DNA of 64,000 bases from Octopus bimaculoides (GCF_001194135.2 NC_068998.1:17185082-17249081); one strand, 5' to 3'; shown: positions 1 to 12,960, counted from the stretch's first letter. Made by a program: numbers and translations. The notes: generated by a model not told the origin, from the letters alone.

Positions 1-133
1 AAAGATATACATACATACATACATACATACATACATACATACATACATACATACATACATACATACATACATACATACATACATAGACACATAGACNNNN
101 NNNNNNNNNNNNNNNNNNNNNNNNNNNCATACA

Positions 134-390
134 TGTATAGGTTTTGTTAGTAAATGCTTAAAGGAGAGTCTGGATAAACTGGGATTTTCAGAAAGAGAAA
201 TCGACCGGCTAATTCATACGTTACAAGTGCAATCTGTGAGTGGAACAGTAAAAATATGCAAGACTTTTCTCAAGTTCCAAATGTGAATTTGTCTGTGTTA
301 ATTACATCCCAAAGATGGAGCCTTGTATCTTTGTTGGAAACTGGCACCCTCCTCAGTGGAAGCTTTATAATAATTAAAAAATAGAAGACA
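134..390 (+). mobile_element. 3' end of an R4/Dong-like RLE non-LTR retrotransposon, copy 1
   Basis: 137-286 translates IGFVSKCLKESLDKLGFSEREIDRLIHTLQVQSVSGTVKICKTFLKFQM*. This resembles the R4-clade ORF C-terminus (..LQK..LLGT.KI.R.FL). A ~100-nt 3' UTR follows, and both sides are (CATA)n. Confidence 0.7.
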
Positions 391-426
391 TACATACATA
401 CATACATACATACATACAATCATACA

Positions 427-672
427 TGCATAGGTTTTGTTAGTAAATGCTTAAAGGAGAATCTGGATAAATTAGGATTTTCAGAAAGAGAAATCAACCG
501 GCTAATTCATACATTACAAGTGAGTGGAACAGTAAAAATATACAAGACTTTTCTCAAGTTCCAAATGTGAATTTGTCTGTGTTAACTACATCCCAAAGAC
601 GGGGTCTTGTATCTTTGTTAGAAGCTGGATCCCTCCTCAGTGGAAGATTTATAATAATCAAAAAATAGAAGA
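427..672 (+). mobile_element. 3' end of an R4/Dong-like retrotransposon, tandem copy 2
   Basis: About 93% identical to copy 1 by eye, with the same 5' breakpoint and a 9-bp deletion; flanked by (CATA)n. Confidence 0.7.
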
Positions 673-690
673 CATACATACATACATACA

Positions 691-720
<30 letters not shown>

Positions 721-721
<1 letters not shown>

Positions 722-1606
722 GGTGACAAGGGATGAAAAATGGATTGTTTATAACAATGTGAAGTGCAAGTAATCATGGGGGAAGCTTAGTGAACCATCA
801 TGAACAACCTCCAAAGCAAGACTTAACCCAAAGAAGTTTATGCTTTCAATTTGATGGGATTGGAAGGGTTTTACCTTTTATGAGTTTCTTCCAATGGACA
901 GGAACAGATACGTACTGTGACCAGCTGAACGAATTAAAAGCAATAATCTATCAAAAGTATCCAGTACTTGCTAATTGTCTTTCGTCATGACAATGCCAGA
1001 CTATACACTTCTTTGCAGACGTTGCAGAAGTTACTAGGTATTGACTGAGAAGTTTTGCCACACCATCCATATTTGCCTGACTTTACACCTTCAGATCTCC
1101 AGCTGTTTCAGTTTCTTCAAAATTCATTGAAGACAGACCTTCAACTCTGCAAAAGATGTAAAAATTCTTTCACCTGGTAGAGTTTTTCACTAGTAAAGTA
1201 AGGGAATTCTTTGAGCAGGAATAATGGATCTGTCCACAAGATAGCAGAAGACACTGAAATAAGATGGTAATTATATCAAGGGCAGTGAGCTGGCAGAATT
1301 ATTAGCATGCCGGGCGAAATGCTTACCAGTGTTTCGGCTGCCATTCCGTTCTGAGTTCAAATCCCACCAAGGTCGACTTTGCCCTTCATCCTTTCGGGTC
1401 GATTAAATAAGTACCAGTTACATACTGGAGTCGATGTAATCGACTTAATCCCTTTGTCTGTCCTTGTTTGTCCCCTCTGTGTTTAGCCCCCTGTGGGCAA
1501 TAAAGAAATAAAAATTAAATCATTGATTGAATAAATTACTTTGCACTCAAAATTTGTGTCATACTTTTGTTTAAAAAAGTGCACAGACTTTTTGGCCAAC
1601 CCATTA
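721..1606 (+). mobile_element. Degenerate mariner (DD34D-type) transposon, catalytic region plus right TIR
   Basis: Frameshifted VT.DEKWIVYNN, MLSI.WDWKG, HDNAR and HHPYLPDFTPSD motifs. Ends in ACTTTTTGGCCAACCCATTA followed by TA at 1607-1608. Interrupted by a SINE at 1279-1512. Confidence 0.9.
1279..1512 (+). mobile_element. tRNA-derived SINE family A
   Basis: GGCAGTGAGCTGGCAGAA head, GTTCAAATCC B-box-like motif, GCCTTTCATCCTTTCGGGGTCGAT core, A-rich tail. Approximate TSD AATTA(T/A)ATCA at 1269-1278 and 1513-1522. Confidence 0.9.
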
Positions 1607-2517
1607 TATGTATGTGTATGTGTGTGTGTGTATGTGTGCATATACATGATGGTCTTCCACACAGTTTCCCTCTCCTAATAAGAGGGTGCAGAAACCTTCA
1701 GGAAGATATACAATGTGAACAGAGAGGATGCTGTCATAAATTTCACTCACAAGGTATTGGTTGGCATTGGCCATAGGAGCATGGTAGAAGACACTTGCCC
1801 AAGGGACTATGCAGTGGGACTGAACCTGAAACTAGGTGGTTGCAAAGTGAGCTTCTTAACCACACAGCAAAGCCTGATTAACCAAATTATGGCTATTAAT
1901 GGATATGATTTCATGTTTTTAGAAAGGAATATATAAATACACCAGAAGATTTCAATAGTTTTTGTTATAATTAAACTGTAATTCAATGGTTGTTTTACAA
2001 TGTGTAGTCGTACATTGTTCCTCTTGTGATGTACAAAGGGATTTTAAACAGAGCCACACAAAATATTTTGGTTTATAATTTGTTTGTTTGTTGTTGGGAT
2101 GGTTCTTTCAATTATTATTATTTTTTTTTTTTTTACTATTTCTTTTTTTTTTCTTTTCTTCTTTTCCAATTACTGAATTCTGTTCACATCTTGGATTTCC
2201 GATTACTTTTCTTAAAAGCCAAAAAACAACAACAACAACAATAATAATAATAATAACAACAACAACAATGATCATGATAATATTAAATAAAATAAAAAAA
2301 AAATGTCTAATGCAAATTAATATTGGGGAAATTAACAAAGAATTGGAAATAATCAGACTGCATTAGTAGTTAAGTGCTGAGTGATGAGCGACTAACAGAG
2401 ATGAATGTACCCAGAGGAAGAGGGAAAGAAAGAAAGGATGAAAGGAAGGGCGGTAGGGGTGGAAAAAGTGAAGAGAAACAGGATGAGAGAAAAAGAAGGA
2501 GAAGAGGAGAGACAGAC

Positions 2518-2559
<42 letters not shown>

Positions 2560-3153
2560 NNNNNNNNNNNNNNNNNNNNNNNNNNNNNNNNNNNNNNNNN
2601 NNNNNNNNNNNNNNNNNNNNNNNNNNNNNNNNNNNNNNNNNNNNNNNNNNNNNNNNNNNNNNNNNNNNNNNNNNNNNNNNNNNNNNNNNNNNNNNNATAT
2701 ATACAGAAAGAAAGTGAAGGAGAGAGATGAGGTAAGATATGTATTCTGTGTGACTACCAGTATTGCAGCTGCTATGTTACTATAATATCTTGCCCTGCTA
2801 TTGGGTAAAACCATGATTGATCTTCAATACAAAGGTTTTTCCCTGCAAACATCTGGTTATGGAAGCAGTCAATGGGATTGGCTTTCTTTCTTTCTTTCAT
2901 TCATTTTCTTTCTTTCTTTCTTTCTGTATCTCTTCAGTTCCTTTTTCTGTTTTCCTGTCTTTCTTTCTCCTTTCTTCTCTCTTCTTTCTTTGCTTTATTT
3001 CTTCTGCCATTCTTTTGTGACTTCTTTATATTTTCTTACCATTCCAATATTTCTGTCCACCTGGATAATCAGGAGAACAATTCAGAAGACATCCACTAGT
3101 AAATAAATTCTTCCTTTCTTGTTTTTTTTTATTAAAAGATATACATCATATAT

Positions 3154-3212
<59 letters not shown>

Positions 3213-3512
3213 NNNNNNNNNNNNNNNNNNNNNNNNNNNNNNNNNNNNNNNNNNNNNNNNNNNNNNNNNNNNNNNNNNNNNNNNNNNNNNNNNNNNNNNN
3301 NNNNNNNNNNNNNNNNNNNNNNNNNNNNNNNNNNNNNNNNNNNNNNNNNNNNNNNNNNNNNNNNNNNNNNNNNNNNNNNNNNNNNNNNNNNNNNNNNNNN
3401 NNNNNNNNNNNNNNNNNNNNNNNNNNNNNNNNNNNNNNNNNNNNNNNNNNNNNNNNNNNNNNNNNNNNNNNNNNNNNNNNNNNNNNNNNNNNNNNNATAT
3501 ATATATACATAC

Positions 3513-3562
<50 letters not shown>

Positions 3563-3680
3563 CACACACACACATATATAGATATGTATGTATTATGGAC
3601 GTATACATATAACAAAAGGAAAGAGAAACAGAGAAACCAAGAAAGAGAGAGAGAGAGACTGATAGAGAAGCAGAGAGAGG

Positions 3681-3713
<33 letters not shown>

Positions 3714-4053
3714 GAGAGATCGACAGACAGAGAGGTAGAGAGACAACGAGATAGAAAGGGAGATCCTCAAATCCCCTCGAAAAAAACAAAAATAATAAAG
3801 CAAAACTAAAAAAGGTAAAAAAAAATCAGTTGAAACAGGCCAAAACACACAAGAAAAAACCCACCTCACCAAGAACAATAAACAAAAAAAATACTGAGTA
3901 AACAAACAAAGAATATTTAGCTCAGAATAAATTTTGAATCATCTGCTAAATCCTCCAAATAGTTTATCTACATCAGTTCTTGATAACAGGAAACTGATGT
4001 ATGTATATACACATATATATATATATATATACATATGCACAATNNNNNNNNNN

Positions 4054-4097
<44 letters not shown>

Positions 4098-4596
4098 CAA
4101 ACATATGGTACTCCTTTAATCTGTTAAAGTAATTCAGAACCAAGAGGATGCATAAAAAATGAAAATGTAGCAATATTTGTTGTTGTTGTTGTTGTTGTTA
4201 GCATTAATATTATTGTTGTAGCAGCTTTATTTGTTGTACAATGAGTAAAAGATTATAATGTACCTTTAAGATCAATGTATCTATGGGTGTGCATATGAAT
4301 GTATGTATGTATGTATGTATGTATGTATGTATGTATGTATGTATATATTTATGTATGTATATATACATACATATACATATGTATGCATGNNNNNNNNNNC
4401 AATCTATGTAGCTTTAAATATCCACACACACATACACATATGTATGTATATATATATATGTATGTATGTATTTATGTATGTATGTATGTATGTATATATG
4501 TATGTATACATGTATGTATGTATGTATGTATGTGTGTATGCATGTGTGTATGTATGTATGTATGTATGTATGTATGTATGTATGTATGTATATGCA

Positions 4597-4830
4597 CAGA
4601 AATGCAGTCAGGAAACCGAGAGTTGGCAACTTCGGTGAAGTATTTAGTGTGTAGGTAGGCATCCATCAACGTTTGGTTCTCAACCCCCTCTTATTTATAA
4701 TAATATTCCACGCCGTAAGAGAGGAGTTTAAGACAAGCTGTCGGTGGGAAGTCCTACATAATACTGATAATCTAGTACTTATAGCAGAGATAGTGAAAGA
4801 TTAGAGAAGAAATTCCAGAATCAAGATTTT
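4597..4830 (+). mobile_element. RTE LINE reverse-transcriptase fragment
   Basis: Translates VGN..EVFSV.VGIHQ..LNPLLFII..AVREEFKTSC.WEVLHNTDNLVLIAE, a decayed form of the RT motifs VGVHQGSVLSPLLF and LLYADDLVL. Confidence 0.8.
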
Positions 4831-4859
4831 TCAGAGTAAACTTGGATTTTTAATACAAA

Positions 4860-5250
4860 ATTAAGACAGTTCTGCCATATACGCTGTGAATAGATGTCCC
4901 TGGAAGATCTTTTGGGTGACATGATGAAACAGACTAACAAAGCCTTGGAACAGGTGAACAAGCAACCTATCAAAACTCAGATCCAGAAGAGGAACTGGCG
5001 TTGGCTGCAACACACCTGTAGAAATCTGTTTCCAATTTTACAAAGCAAGTGCTGTGATGGACACCCCTCAAGGGATATGGAAGCATGGCAGACTGGAAAA
5101 CAACATGGAGATGGTCCATAGAAACTGATGCACAAGCAGGAGGTCACATCTGGCAACAACTGCAATCTATTTGCCAAAGATTGAGACTGATGGAGATCTC
5201 TTGTTGGAACCCTATGCACCAAATGGAGTCGAAAGGAATGAAGAGGAAGA
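4860..5250 (+). mobile_element. RTE LINE ORF C-terminus and 3' end
   Basis: QPIKTQIQKRNWRWLQHT, W.PQG..KHGR..TWRWSIE and WRSLVGTLC match the RTE C-terminal consensus; simple-repeat tail. Confidence 0.8.
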
Positions 5251-5555
5251 GAATGAGGAGGAGGAGGAGAAAAAGGAAGAGGAAGAATTTAGTAAAAACT
5301 AATGTTTTGGTAAATAAATAACAAAGAATTCTGTTGTCATCAAGGAATAGAATCCATTTAATGACCTGTACAGGATAATGCAGCATAAAGACAAATGGTT
5401 AAGTAACTAGGAGATTGAAAACTCATATAATGGAACATCAATACACACACACATTCATTTGCAAGCATATACATATAGGCATAGACATACATACATATAT
5501 ACATACGTACATATAGGCAATGTATGTAGGTATGTACATATACATACATATAGGC

Positions 5556-5933
5556 AATGACAGGAGACCAAGACCTTTGCTGGGATTGAGAAGACTTGGC
5601 AACTAAAGTGAAATTGCAACCATGCATATCTGGCCCAGTTAAGAGTACCCCTGATGCATCGTGCGATATGATATGCTTGAGAAGACCTGTTGAGTCAGGT
5701 AAAACCAATATCAGAAGCTGTGGCCAGTGCCCCCTGAATGGCTCCTGTGCTGGTGGCATGTTAAAAGCACCCACTAACTCTCGGAGTGGTTGTCGTTAGG
5801 AAGGGCATCCAACTGTAGAAACATTGCCAGATCAGATTGGAGACTGGTGCAGCTTCTCGCTCTCCAGACCTCAGTCAAACCGTCCAACCCATACCAGCAT
5901 GGAAAGCGGATGTTAAACGATGATGATGATGAT
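5556..5933 (+). mobile_element. 5'-truncated RTE LINE 3' end (family D)
   Basis: Starts at the decayed ORF end (MT.D.DL....EKT.Q.K*). The 3' UTR carries GTTAGGAAGGGCATCC..TGTAGAAAC and CCAACCCATRCYAGCATGGAAAGCGGAYGTTAAACGATGAT, then a (GAT)n tail. Confidence 0.8.
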
Positions 5934-6361
5934 NNNNNNNNNNNNNNNNNNNNNNNNNNNNNNNNNNNNNNNNNNNNNNNNNNNNNNNNNNNNNNNNNNN
6001 NNNNNNNNNNNNNNNNNNNNNNNNNNNNNNNNNNNNNNNNNNNNNNNNNNNNNNNNNNNNNNNNNNNNNNNNNNNNNNNNNNNNNNNNNNNNNNNNNNNN
6101 NNNNNNNNNNNNNNNNNNNNNNNNNNNNNNNNNNNNNNNNTAACCTACAAGGAAATGTTCTGAAATGTAGTTTGCTTGTTATATTACAGCATAATCCGGT
6201 TTATGGGTGTATATGTATATATTCATATGTACATTCATTTATAAATATATAGATAGGTGATGGATGATGTAGCATCACTTATGTAACTGACACAGATTGC
6301 AAAACAGCTGTCATCTAATAGAATAAGCATCTATTCTCTCACTTCACTTATCTCATCAATT

Positions 6362-6392
<31 letters not shown>

Positions 6393-6684
6393 ATAGATAG
6401 ACAGATAGGCAGGGAGGCAAACAGACAGACAGACAGACAGAATAGCTGTGTGATAAGAAGTTTGCCTTCCAACCATATGTTTCTAAGCACATACAGGGGT
6501 TGTATGGAAACACCTTAAAATTTCAAACAAATTTTTTTAATATGGAGTAGGACAGCTTTGGAAGTAATTACAGCTTGAATTCTATTTTTTGCTGAACTGC
6601 TAAGTTACAGGAGACATAAACAAACCAACACCCGTTGTCAAACAGTGACAAGGGATAAACACAGATGCAAAAATACAAACGCAT

Positions 6685-6729
<45 letters not shown>

Positions 6730-7515
6730 NNNNNNNNNNNNNNNNNNNNNNNNNNNNNNNNNNNNNNNNNNNNNNNNNNNNNNNNNNNNNNNNNNNNNNN
6801 NNNNNNNNNNNNNNNNNNNNNNNNNNNNNNNNNNNNNNNNNNNNNNNNNNNNNNNNNNNNNNNNNNNNNNNNNNNNNNNNNNNNNNNNNNNNNNNNNNNN
6901 NNNNNNNNNNNNNNNNNNNNNNNNNNNNNNNNNNNNNNNNNNNNNNNNNNNNNNNNNNNNNNNNNNNNNNNNNNNNNNNNNNNNNNNNNNNNNNNNNNNN
7001 NNNNNNNNNNNNNNNNNNNNNNNNNNNNNNNNNNNNNNNNNNNNNNNNNNNNNNNNNNNNNNNNNNNNNNNNNNNNNNNNNNNNNNNNNNNNNNNNNNNN
7101 NNNNNNNNNNNNNNNNNNNNNNNNNNNNNNNNNNNNNNNNNNNNNNNNNNNNNNNNNNNNNNNNNNNNNNNNNNNNNNNNNNNNNNNNNNNNNNNNNNNN
7201 NNNNNNNNNNNNNNNNNNNNNNNNNNNNNNNNNNNNNNNNNNNNNNNNNNNNNNNNNNNNNNNNNNNNNNNNNNNNNNNNNNNNNNNNNNNNNNNNNNNN
7301 NNNNNNNNNNNNNNNNNNNNNNNNNNNNNNNNNNNNNNNNNNNNNNNNNNNNNNNNNNNNNNNNNNNNNNNNNNNNNNNNNNNNNNNNNNNNNNNNNNNN
7401 NNNNNNNNNNNNNNNNNNNNNNNNNNNNNNNNNNNNNNNNNNNNNNNNNNNNNNNNNNNNNNNNNNNNNNNNNNNNNNNNNNNNNNNNNNNNNNNNNNNN
7501 NNNNNNNNNNNNNNN

Positions 7516-7580
<65 letters not shown>

Positions 7581-7581
<1 letters not shown>

Positions 7582-8530
7582 ACTGGGTATAGTTCAGAGA
7601 GCAACTACCTTTGTTGGTAAGAAAGGGCTTCTCGCTCAGAGTGAGAGGCAGATTGTATCATGCCTTTGTACTGACAGCAATGCTATATGACAGTGAGACA
7701 TGGGATGTGATCAAAGAGGACAGGTGAAGACTTGAAAGAAATGAAATCAGCATGCTCCACTGGATGTCAGTGTGCAAGTACAACAAAGTGTAATTATTGT
7801 AGGAGAAAAATTAGGTATAAAAAGCATCAGATGTAATGTGCAAGAGAGAAGATTGCACTTGAACGCTCATTTGATGCATATGGATAAGGACAGCTGCATA
7901 AAAAAAAGTATTGATTACTAAGTGTAGCAAGGAACCTTTGGAAGAAGAAGACCCAAAAATTCATGGAACAAAATGAAGAGAAATGATCTTCTGATGTTGA
8001 ACCTCACAGAAGTGATGACAGAAGACTGAGACAATTGACAATTTCTGAGCTGGAGAAAACCAGACTAGCTCAGTGAAATCAAGTATATACAGATTTGTGA
8101 TCTGTGTCCGTACCCCTTCCCCCACTCATAATCTGTCCCCTGACAAACCACCCCCACAATTCATCTTCTCAACACCCATTCCCCCACTGATGCTCTCCAC
8201 CCACTGCATTTCCATCCACTCTCTATCGTGTACCTACCTGCACACAATATTTCCCCATTGAATCTTTCCCCCTCCCACAACATATCCTCCCAATACCCCT
8301 TCCCTCTTCCTGTGCCCACTCATTACAGTTCACCCCCCCACTTCCATCTACCACTCTCCTTTTTTGAAATCTCATGAACTCACTCATGCATTCACCCCCT
8401 CCAATCTCCGGTTCATTTCTCTCTATACACTTCTCGGTAACTTGGGTGAACTCCCTCCCTGCCCACCATCTCACTCACACTTCCCCATCTTCTTCCTCTT
8501 CTCTCTCTTACTCTCTTCTTTCTCTTTCTT

Positions 8531-8570
<40 letters not shown>

Positions 8571-8899
8571 GTCTCCTTCCACCTGAGGTAACTATGTTTC
8601 TCCTCTAATGCAAAGCTTCTTTTTCTGTCCATCAATACTGCTCACCCATTCAATTGAGGGGTTTTGTCTTGTAAGTTATTTGGTGACCTCACTGCTGAAT
8701 GGTGTACTAGCTGCCATGTAAAAAGCACCCGGGCCACTCTGTAAAGTGGCTGGCATTAAGAAGGACATCCAGCTGTAGAAATCATGCCAAAATAAACAGC
8801 AGGGCTTGGTGCAGTTTTCTGATTTACAAATTCTTGTCTAACTGCCCAATTTATGTCAGTAAGGAAAGCAGATGTTGAATGACAATGATGATGATGATA

Positions 8900-8972
<73 letters not shown>

Positions 8973-8990
8973 CGACGACGATGACGATGG
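7581..8990 (+). mobile_element. RTE LINE 3' portion with long pyrimidine-rich 3' UTR and (GAT)n tail
   Basis: 7581-8075 translates, with frameshifts, GWV.FRE.LPLL..KG.SLRV.GRLY, SETW, RLERNE.SML.WM, ERRL, GR.RPK.SW. The UTR ends in the family-D tail. Confidence 0.85.
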
Positions 8991-9179
8991 GCTTCCACAC
9001 AGTTTCCATCAATTAAATTCCCTCGCAAGGCATTAGTCCACCCAGGGCTATAGTAGAAGACGCTTGCCAGAAGTGCCACACAGTGGGACTGAGCCCAAAA
9101 CCATGTGGTTGCAAAGTGGGCTTCTTAACCACACAGCTATGCCTGCACCTATATAAAGCCATGTCTGCTTCTGATGAAA

Positions 9180-9505
9180 GTGTAGGACTTAGTGGTTAGG
9201 GTATTCAGCTCGAGGTCATAAAGTCATGAGTTTGATTCATAGCTTTGTGTTGTGCCCTTGAACATAACACTTTATTCTATATTACTCCAGTCCACTCATC
9301 TGGCAAAGATGAGTTGTACCAGTTTCAGAGGGCCAGCCTTGTTACATCTATATCACTTCACTCTGAATTGCCCTGAGAACTACGTTAAGGGTACACATGT
9401 CTGTGGAGTGCTCAGCCACTTGCATGTTAATTTCATGAGGGGCTGTTTTATTGATTGGATCAACTGGAACACTCATTATTGCAACCAACAGAGAACCAGT
9501 TAGTT
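9180..9505 (+). mobile_element. tRNA-derived SINE family C (degraded)
   Basis: Shares CTACGTTAAGGGTACACATGTCTGTGGAGTGCTCAGCCACTTGCA with the copies at 31402-31792 and 45355-45740. Confidence 0.8.
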
Positions 9506-9509
9506 AAAG

Positions 9510-10270
9510 CCATAGCTATTTCTATATGGTAATCTTGACTTCCTCTTTGTTGGGAGTGACATCCATGGTACCACAGAAGGTATTCCACAACATTTTAAAA
9601 AACTATTATGAATGGTTAATATAAAATGTCTGTGAATTGTAGTCCACTGCTTCAAAACATCCCCTGTATCATTGATCAGCATGAATATATCTTTAGATCA
9701 GAGAGGAGAGCCATATTTGATTGGCAAGGACCCAATATTTTTTTAACAAACTGTACATTGTTTTGAAATCCTTTTTATCAAAAGCCAATTGAATATTTCT
9801 GGATATACTTGGTTACCACACGGCTTTTCACAGTCCTTAATTTTCTATGCAATGCTGATTTATAATGCTTCATTGAATCTTTTATTGTCAAACATTCCTT
9901 TTCAGATAAATTAACATTAATCAATTTCTGGTGCAATTTATGCATGATGTCTAGGAGTTTAGATATTTCTGGATTATATTCATTGAACTAATCCTCGAGT
10001 TTATGTATCTTAAAGCCTAAAATATCAACAGAGATGTTATAAACTTTTTGTTTGAAATCTATCCATAAACCACGAAGCAGTGAATTAGCCAGAGATCTTC
10101 ATGAGGGGAAGCAGATGTTATGGCATGTTGGAGCCTGATAGCATTCAACTGTTTCAGAATTTACATGCTGTTTTGTCTAAACAGTTCCACCTTGTCTTGT
10201 ATAAGGTAATGATCTGTCCAGCATGTAGCCTCATGCAAGACTTTCACATCACAAAGATCACAAATACCAT
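9510..10270 (-). mobile_element. Old RTE/BovB-type LINE fragment (endonuclease end plus EN-RT linker)
   Basis: Minus strand gives CWTDHYLI, D*FNEYNPEISKLL, RKLRTVK, DKKDFKTMYSLLKK, LINDTGDVLKQWT and MDVTPNKEEVKITI, with stops and frameshifts. Confidence 0.75.
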
Positions 10271-10362
10271 ATTTACATGAAATGAAGAAGGCATTGTGAA
10301 AGCCCTATTAATCATGGATATGCCTGGGTATCTTTATGTTTAAGTATATATATCTATACATA

Positions 10363-10394
<32 letters not shown>

Positions 10395-10419
10395 TTATAT
10401 ATATTTCATCATGTTGAAT

Positions 10420-10613
10420 TGTTAAGCCCTATACATTTTTTTCTCTCCCCGTGTTTTTCCTTCTCTCTCCATTTTTTTATCTCTTAATCCTTTCTGTTGA
10501 AGAGCATAGGCTTGAAACATCAACAACTTTTCCATTCTTCCCAAGCATTAAACTAATACGCCTGCTTATTGTCCCTTCACCTGTCTTCATCTTTTGTTTT
10601 CTGCAAATTTGGT

Positions 10614-10615
<2 letters not shown>
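10420..10615 (+). mobile_element. Penelope-like terminal fragment, family P1, with hammerhead-like motif
   Basis: Homologous to the minus-strand copies at 40420-40580 and 60165-60360. Contains CTTT-CTGTTGA-A-GAGC-ATAG-GCTT-GAAAC-ATC at 10490-10521. Confidence 0.6.
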
Positions 10616-10659
<44 letters not shown>

Positions 10660-11039
10660 TATTTATATATATANNNNNNNNNNNNNNNNNNNNNNNNNNN
10701 NNNNNNNNNNNNNNNNNNNNNNNNNNNNNNNNNNNNNNNNNNNNNNNNNNNNNNNNNNNNNNNNNNNNNNNNNNNNNNNNNNNNNNNNNNNNNNNNNNNN
10801 NNNNNNNNNNNNNNNNNNNNNNNNNNNNNNNNNNNNNNNNNNNNNNNNNNNNNNNNNNNNNNNNNNNNNNNNNNNNNNNNNNNNNNNNNNNNNNNNNNNN
10901 NNNNNNNNNNNNNNNNNNNNNNNNNNNNNNNNNNNNNNNNNNNNNNNNNNNNNNNNNNNNNNNNNNNNNNNNNNNNNNNNNNNNNNNNNNNNNNNNNNNN
11001 NNNNNNNNNNNNNNNNNNNNNNNNNNNNNNNNNNNATAT

Positions 11040-11080
<41 letters not shown>

Positions 11081-11841
11081 ATACATATATGTATATATGT
11101 ATACATATATATATATATATATACAGAGAGAGAGAGAGGAGAGAGAGAAAGAGAGTGAGAGAGAGAGAATGAGAGAGAGAGAGAGAGAGTGAGAGAGAGA
11201 ATGAGAGAGAGAGAGAGATACACACATGCATACATACATGCATACATATACTCAGCAATGAGGATGGGAATAGGCAAGACAAAGTAAGGCAGATATATAA
11301 ATGTATATATCATCATTATCATTTAACATCTGCTTTCCATGGGTTAGATGGTTTGATTGGAACCGGTTTGACTGGCACCAGGATCCACTCTGATTTGGCT
11401 TGGTTTCTACATGCTCTTCCTAATGCTTTTCGAGTGAATTTAGTAGACAGAAACTTTGTAGAAGCTTGTTGTCCATATGTACTCTGTGTGTTTGTGTGTG
11501 TGTACGTATGTGTGTGTGTGTGTGTGTGTGCAGGTGCATGCTCACATATGCACATGCATGCACCTTTTTATTTGTGGTTTGTTCTTACAGCTTAACACCA
11601 ATTGTCAGTTTGTTTATGTCTTTGTAACCATGCTCTTGGACGAAATGAGACCAATGTCTGTGAATTGTAGTCCACTGCTTCAAAACATCCCCTGTATCAT
11701 TGATCAGCATGAATATATCTTTAGATCAGAGAGGAGAGCCATATTTGATTGGCAAGGACCCAATATTTTTTTAACAAACTGTACATTGTTTTGAAATCCT
11801 TTTTATAGATGGATATCTATCTATCTATCTANNNNNNNNNN

Positions 11842-11882
<41 letters not shown>

Positions 11883-11895
11883 CACACATAAATAG

Positions 11896-11932
<37 letters not shown>

Positions 11933-11934
11933 AT

Positions 11935-12160
11935 CATTATCATGTTAACAGGCACTTTTTATGCTCACAGTGGTTGAATGGAATCTGTTAAAGCAGATTT
12001 TCAGTGGCTGGATACCGTTCTTATTGCCAACATTCACTTGTTTCCAAGCAAGGTTATATTTCCACATGGTCAGAGATGTTTTTCACAGGAGATTGGAAAT
12101 GAATGATGTCATTTGTATGACAGTGACACCTATTTGTAACTATCATGCAATGTCAGGACA
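11935..12160 (-). mobile_element. SINE-like body/tail family E (RTE-derived 3' tail)
   Basis: Same ~230-bp unit at 15965-16200 (+), 26385-26600 (+), 39040-39275 (-), 44490-44735 (+) and 49015-49255 (-). It starts at a (GT)n tract and ends GGAAGGGCATC..AAAATCTGC..CCATGCAAGCATGG..(GAT)n. Confidence 0.75.
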
Positions 12161-12176
12161 AGGAGGCACACACACG

Positions 12177-12224
<48 letters not shown>

Positions 12225-12264
12225 TATTTATATATATATAAAGGCATGGTGTGTGGTAAGAAGC

Positions 12265-12493
12265 GAGCTGGCAGAAACGTTAGCACGCCGGGCGAAATGC
12301 TTAGCGGTATTTTGTCTGTCTTTATGTTCTGAGTTCAAATTCCGCCGAGGTCGACTTTGCCTTTCATCCTTTCGGGGTCGATAAATTAAGTACCAGTTAC
12401 GCACTGGGGTCGATGTAATCGACTTAAACTTAATCCGTTTGTCTGTCCTTGTTTGTCCCCTCTATGTTTAGCCCCTTGTGGGCAATAAAGAAA
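12265..12493 (+). mobile_element. SINE family A inserted into the head of a family B SINE
   Basis: Near-consensus copy with an exact 8-bp TSD TAAGAAGC at 12257-12264 and 12494-12501. The B head resumes afterwards. Confidence 0.9.
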
Positions 12494-12911
12494 TAAGAAG
12501 CTTGCTTCTCAACCACATGGTTCCAGGTTCAGTCCCACTGTTTGGCACTGTGGGCTAGTGTTTTCTACTCATAAGGCCAACCAAAGTCTTATGAGCAAAT
12601 TTGGTTGGCAGAANNNNNNNNNNNNNNNNNNNNNNNNNNNNNNNNNNNNNNNNNNNNNNNNNNNNNNNNNNNNNNNNNNNNNNNNNNNNNNNNNNNNNNN
12701 NNNNNNNNNNNNNNNNNNNNNNNNNNNNNNNNNNNNNNNNNNNNNNNNNNNNNNNNNNNNNNNNNNNNNNNNNNNNNNNNNNNNNNNNNNNNNNNNNNNN
12801 NNNNNNNNNNNNNNNNNNNNNNNNNNNNNNNNNNNNNNNNNACGTCCACTTTCCATGCTAGCATGGGTTGGACGATTTGACTGACGACTGGTGAACCAGA
12901 TGGCTACACCA

Positions 12912-12944
<33 letters not shown>

Positions 12945-12960
12945 TATATACATATATATT

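Noticed and set aside
1-730. Idea that the mariner continues upstream and was split by the (CATA)n/R4 block
   Set aside because: Only 7 non-repeat bases precede the microsatellite; it cannot be tested within this window.
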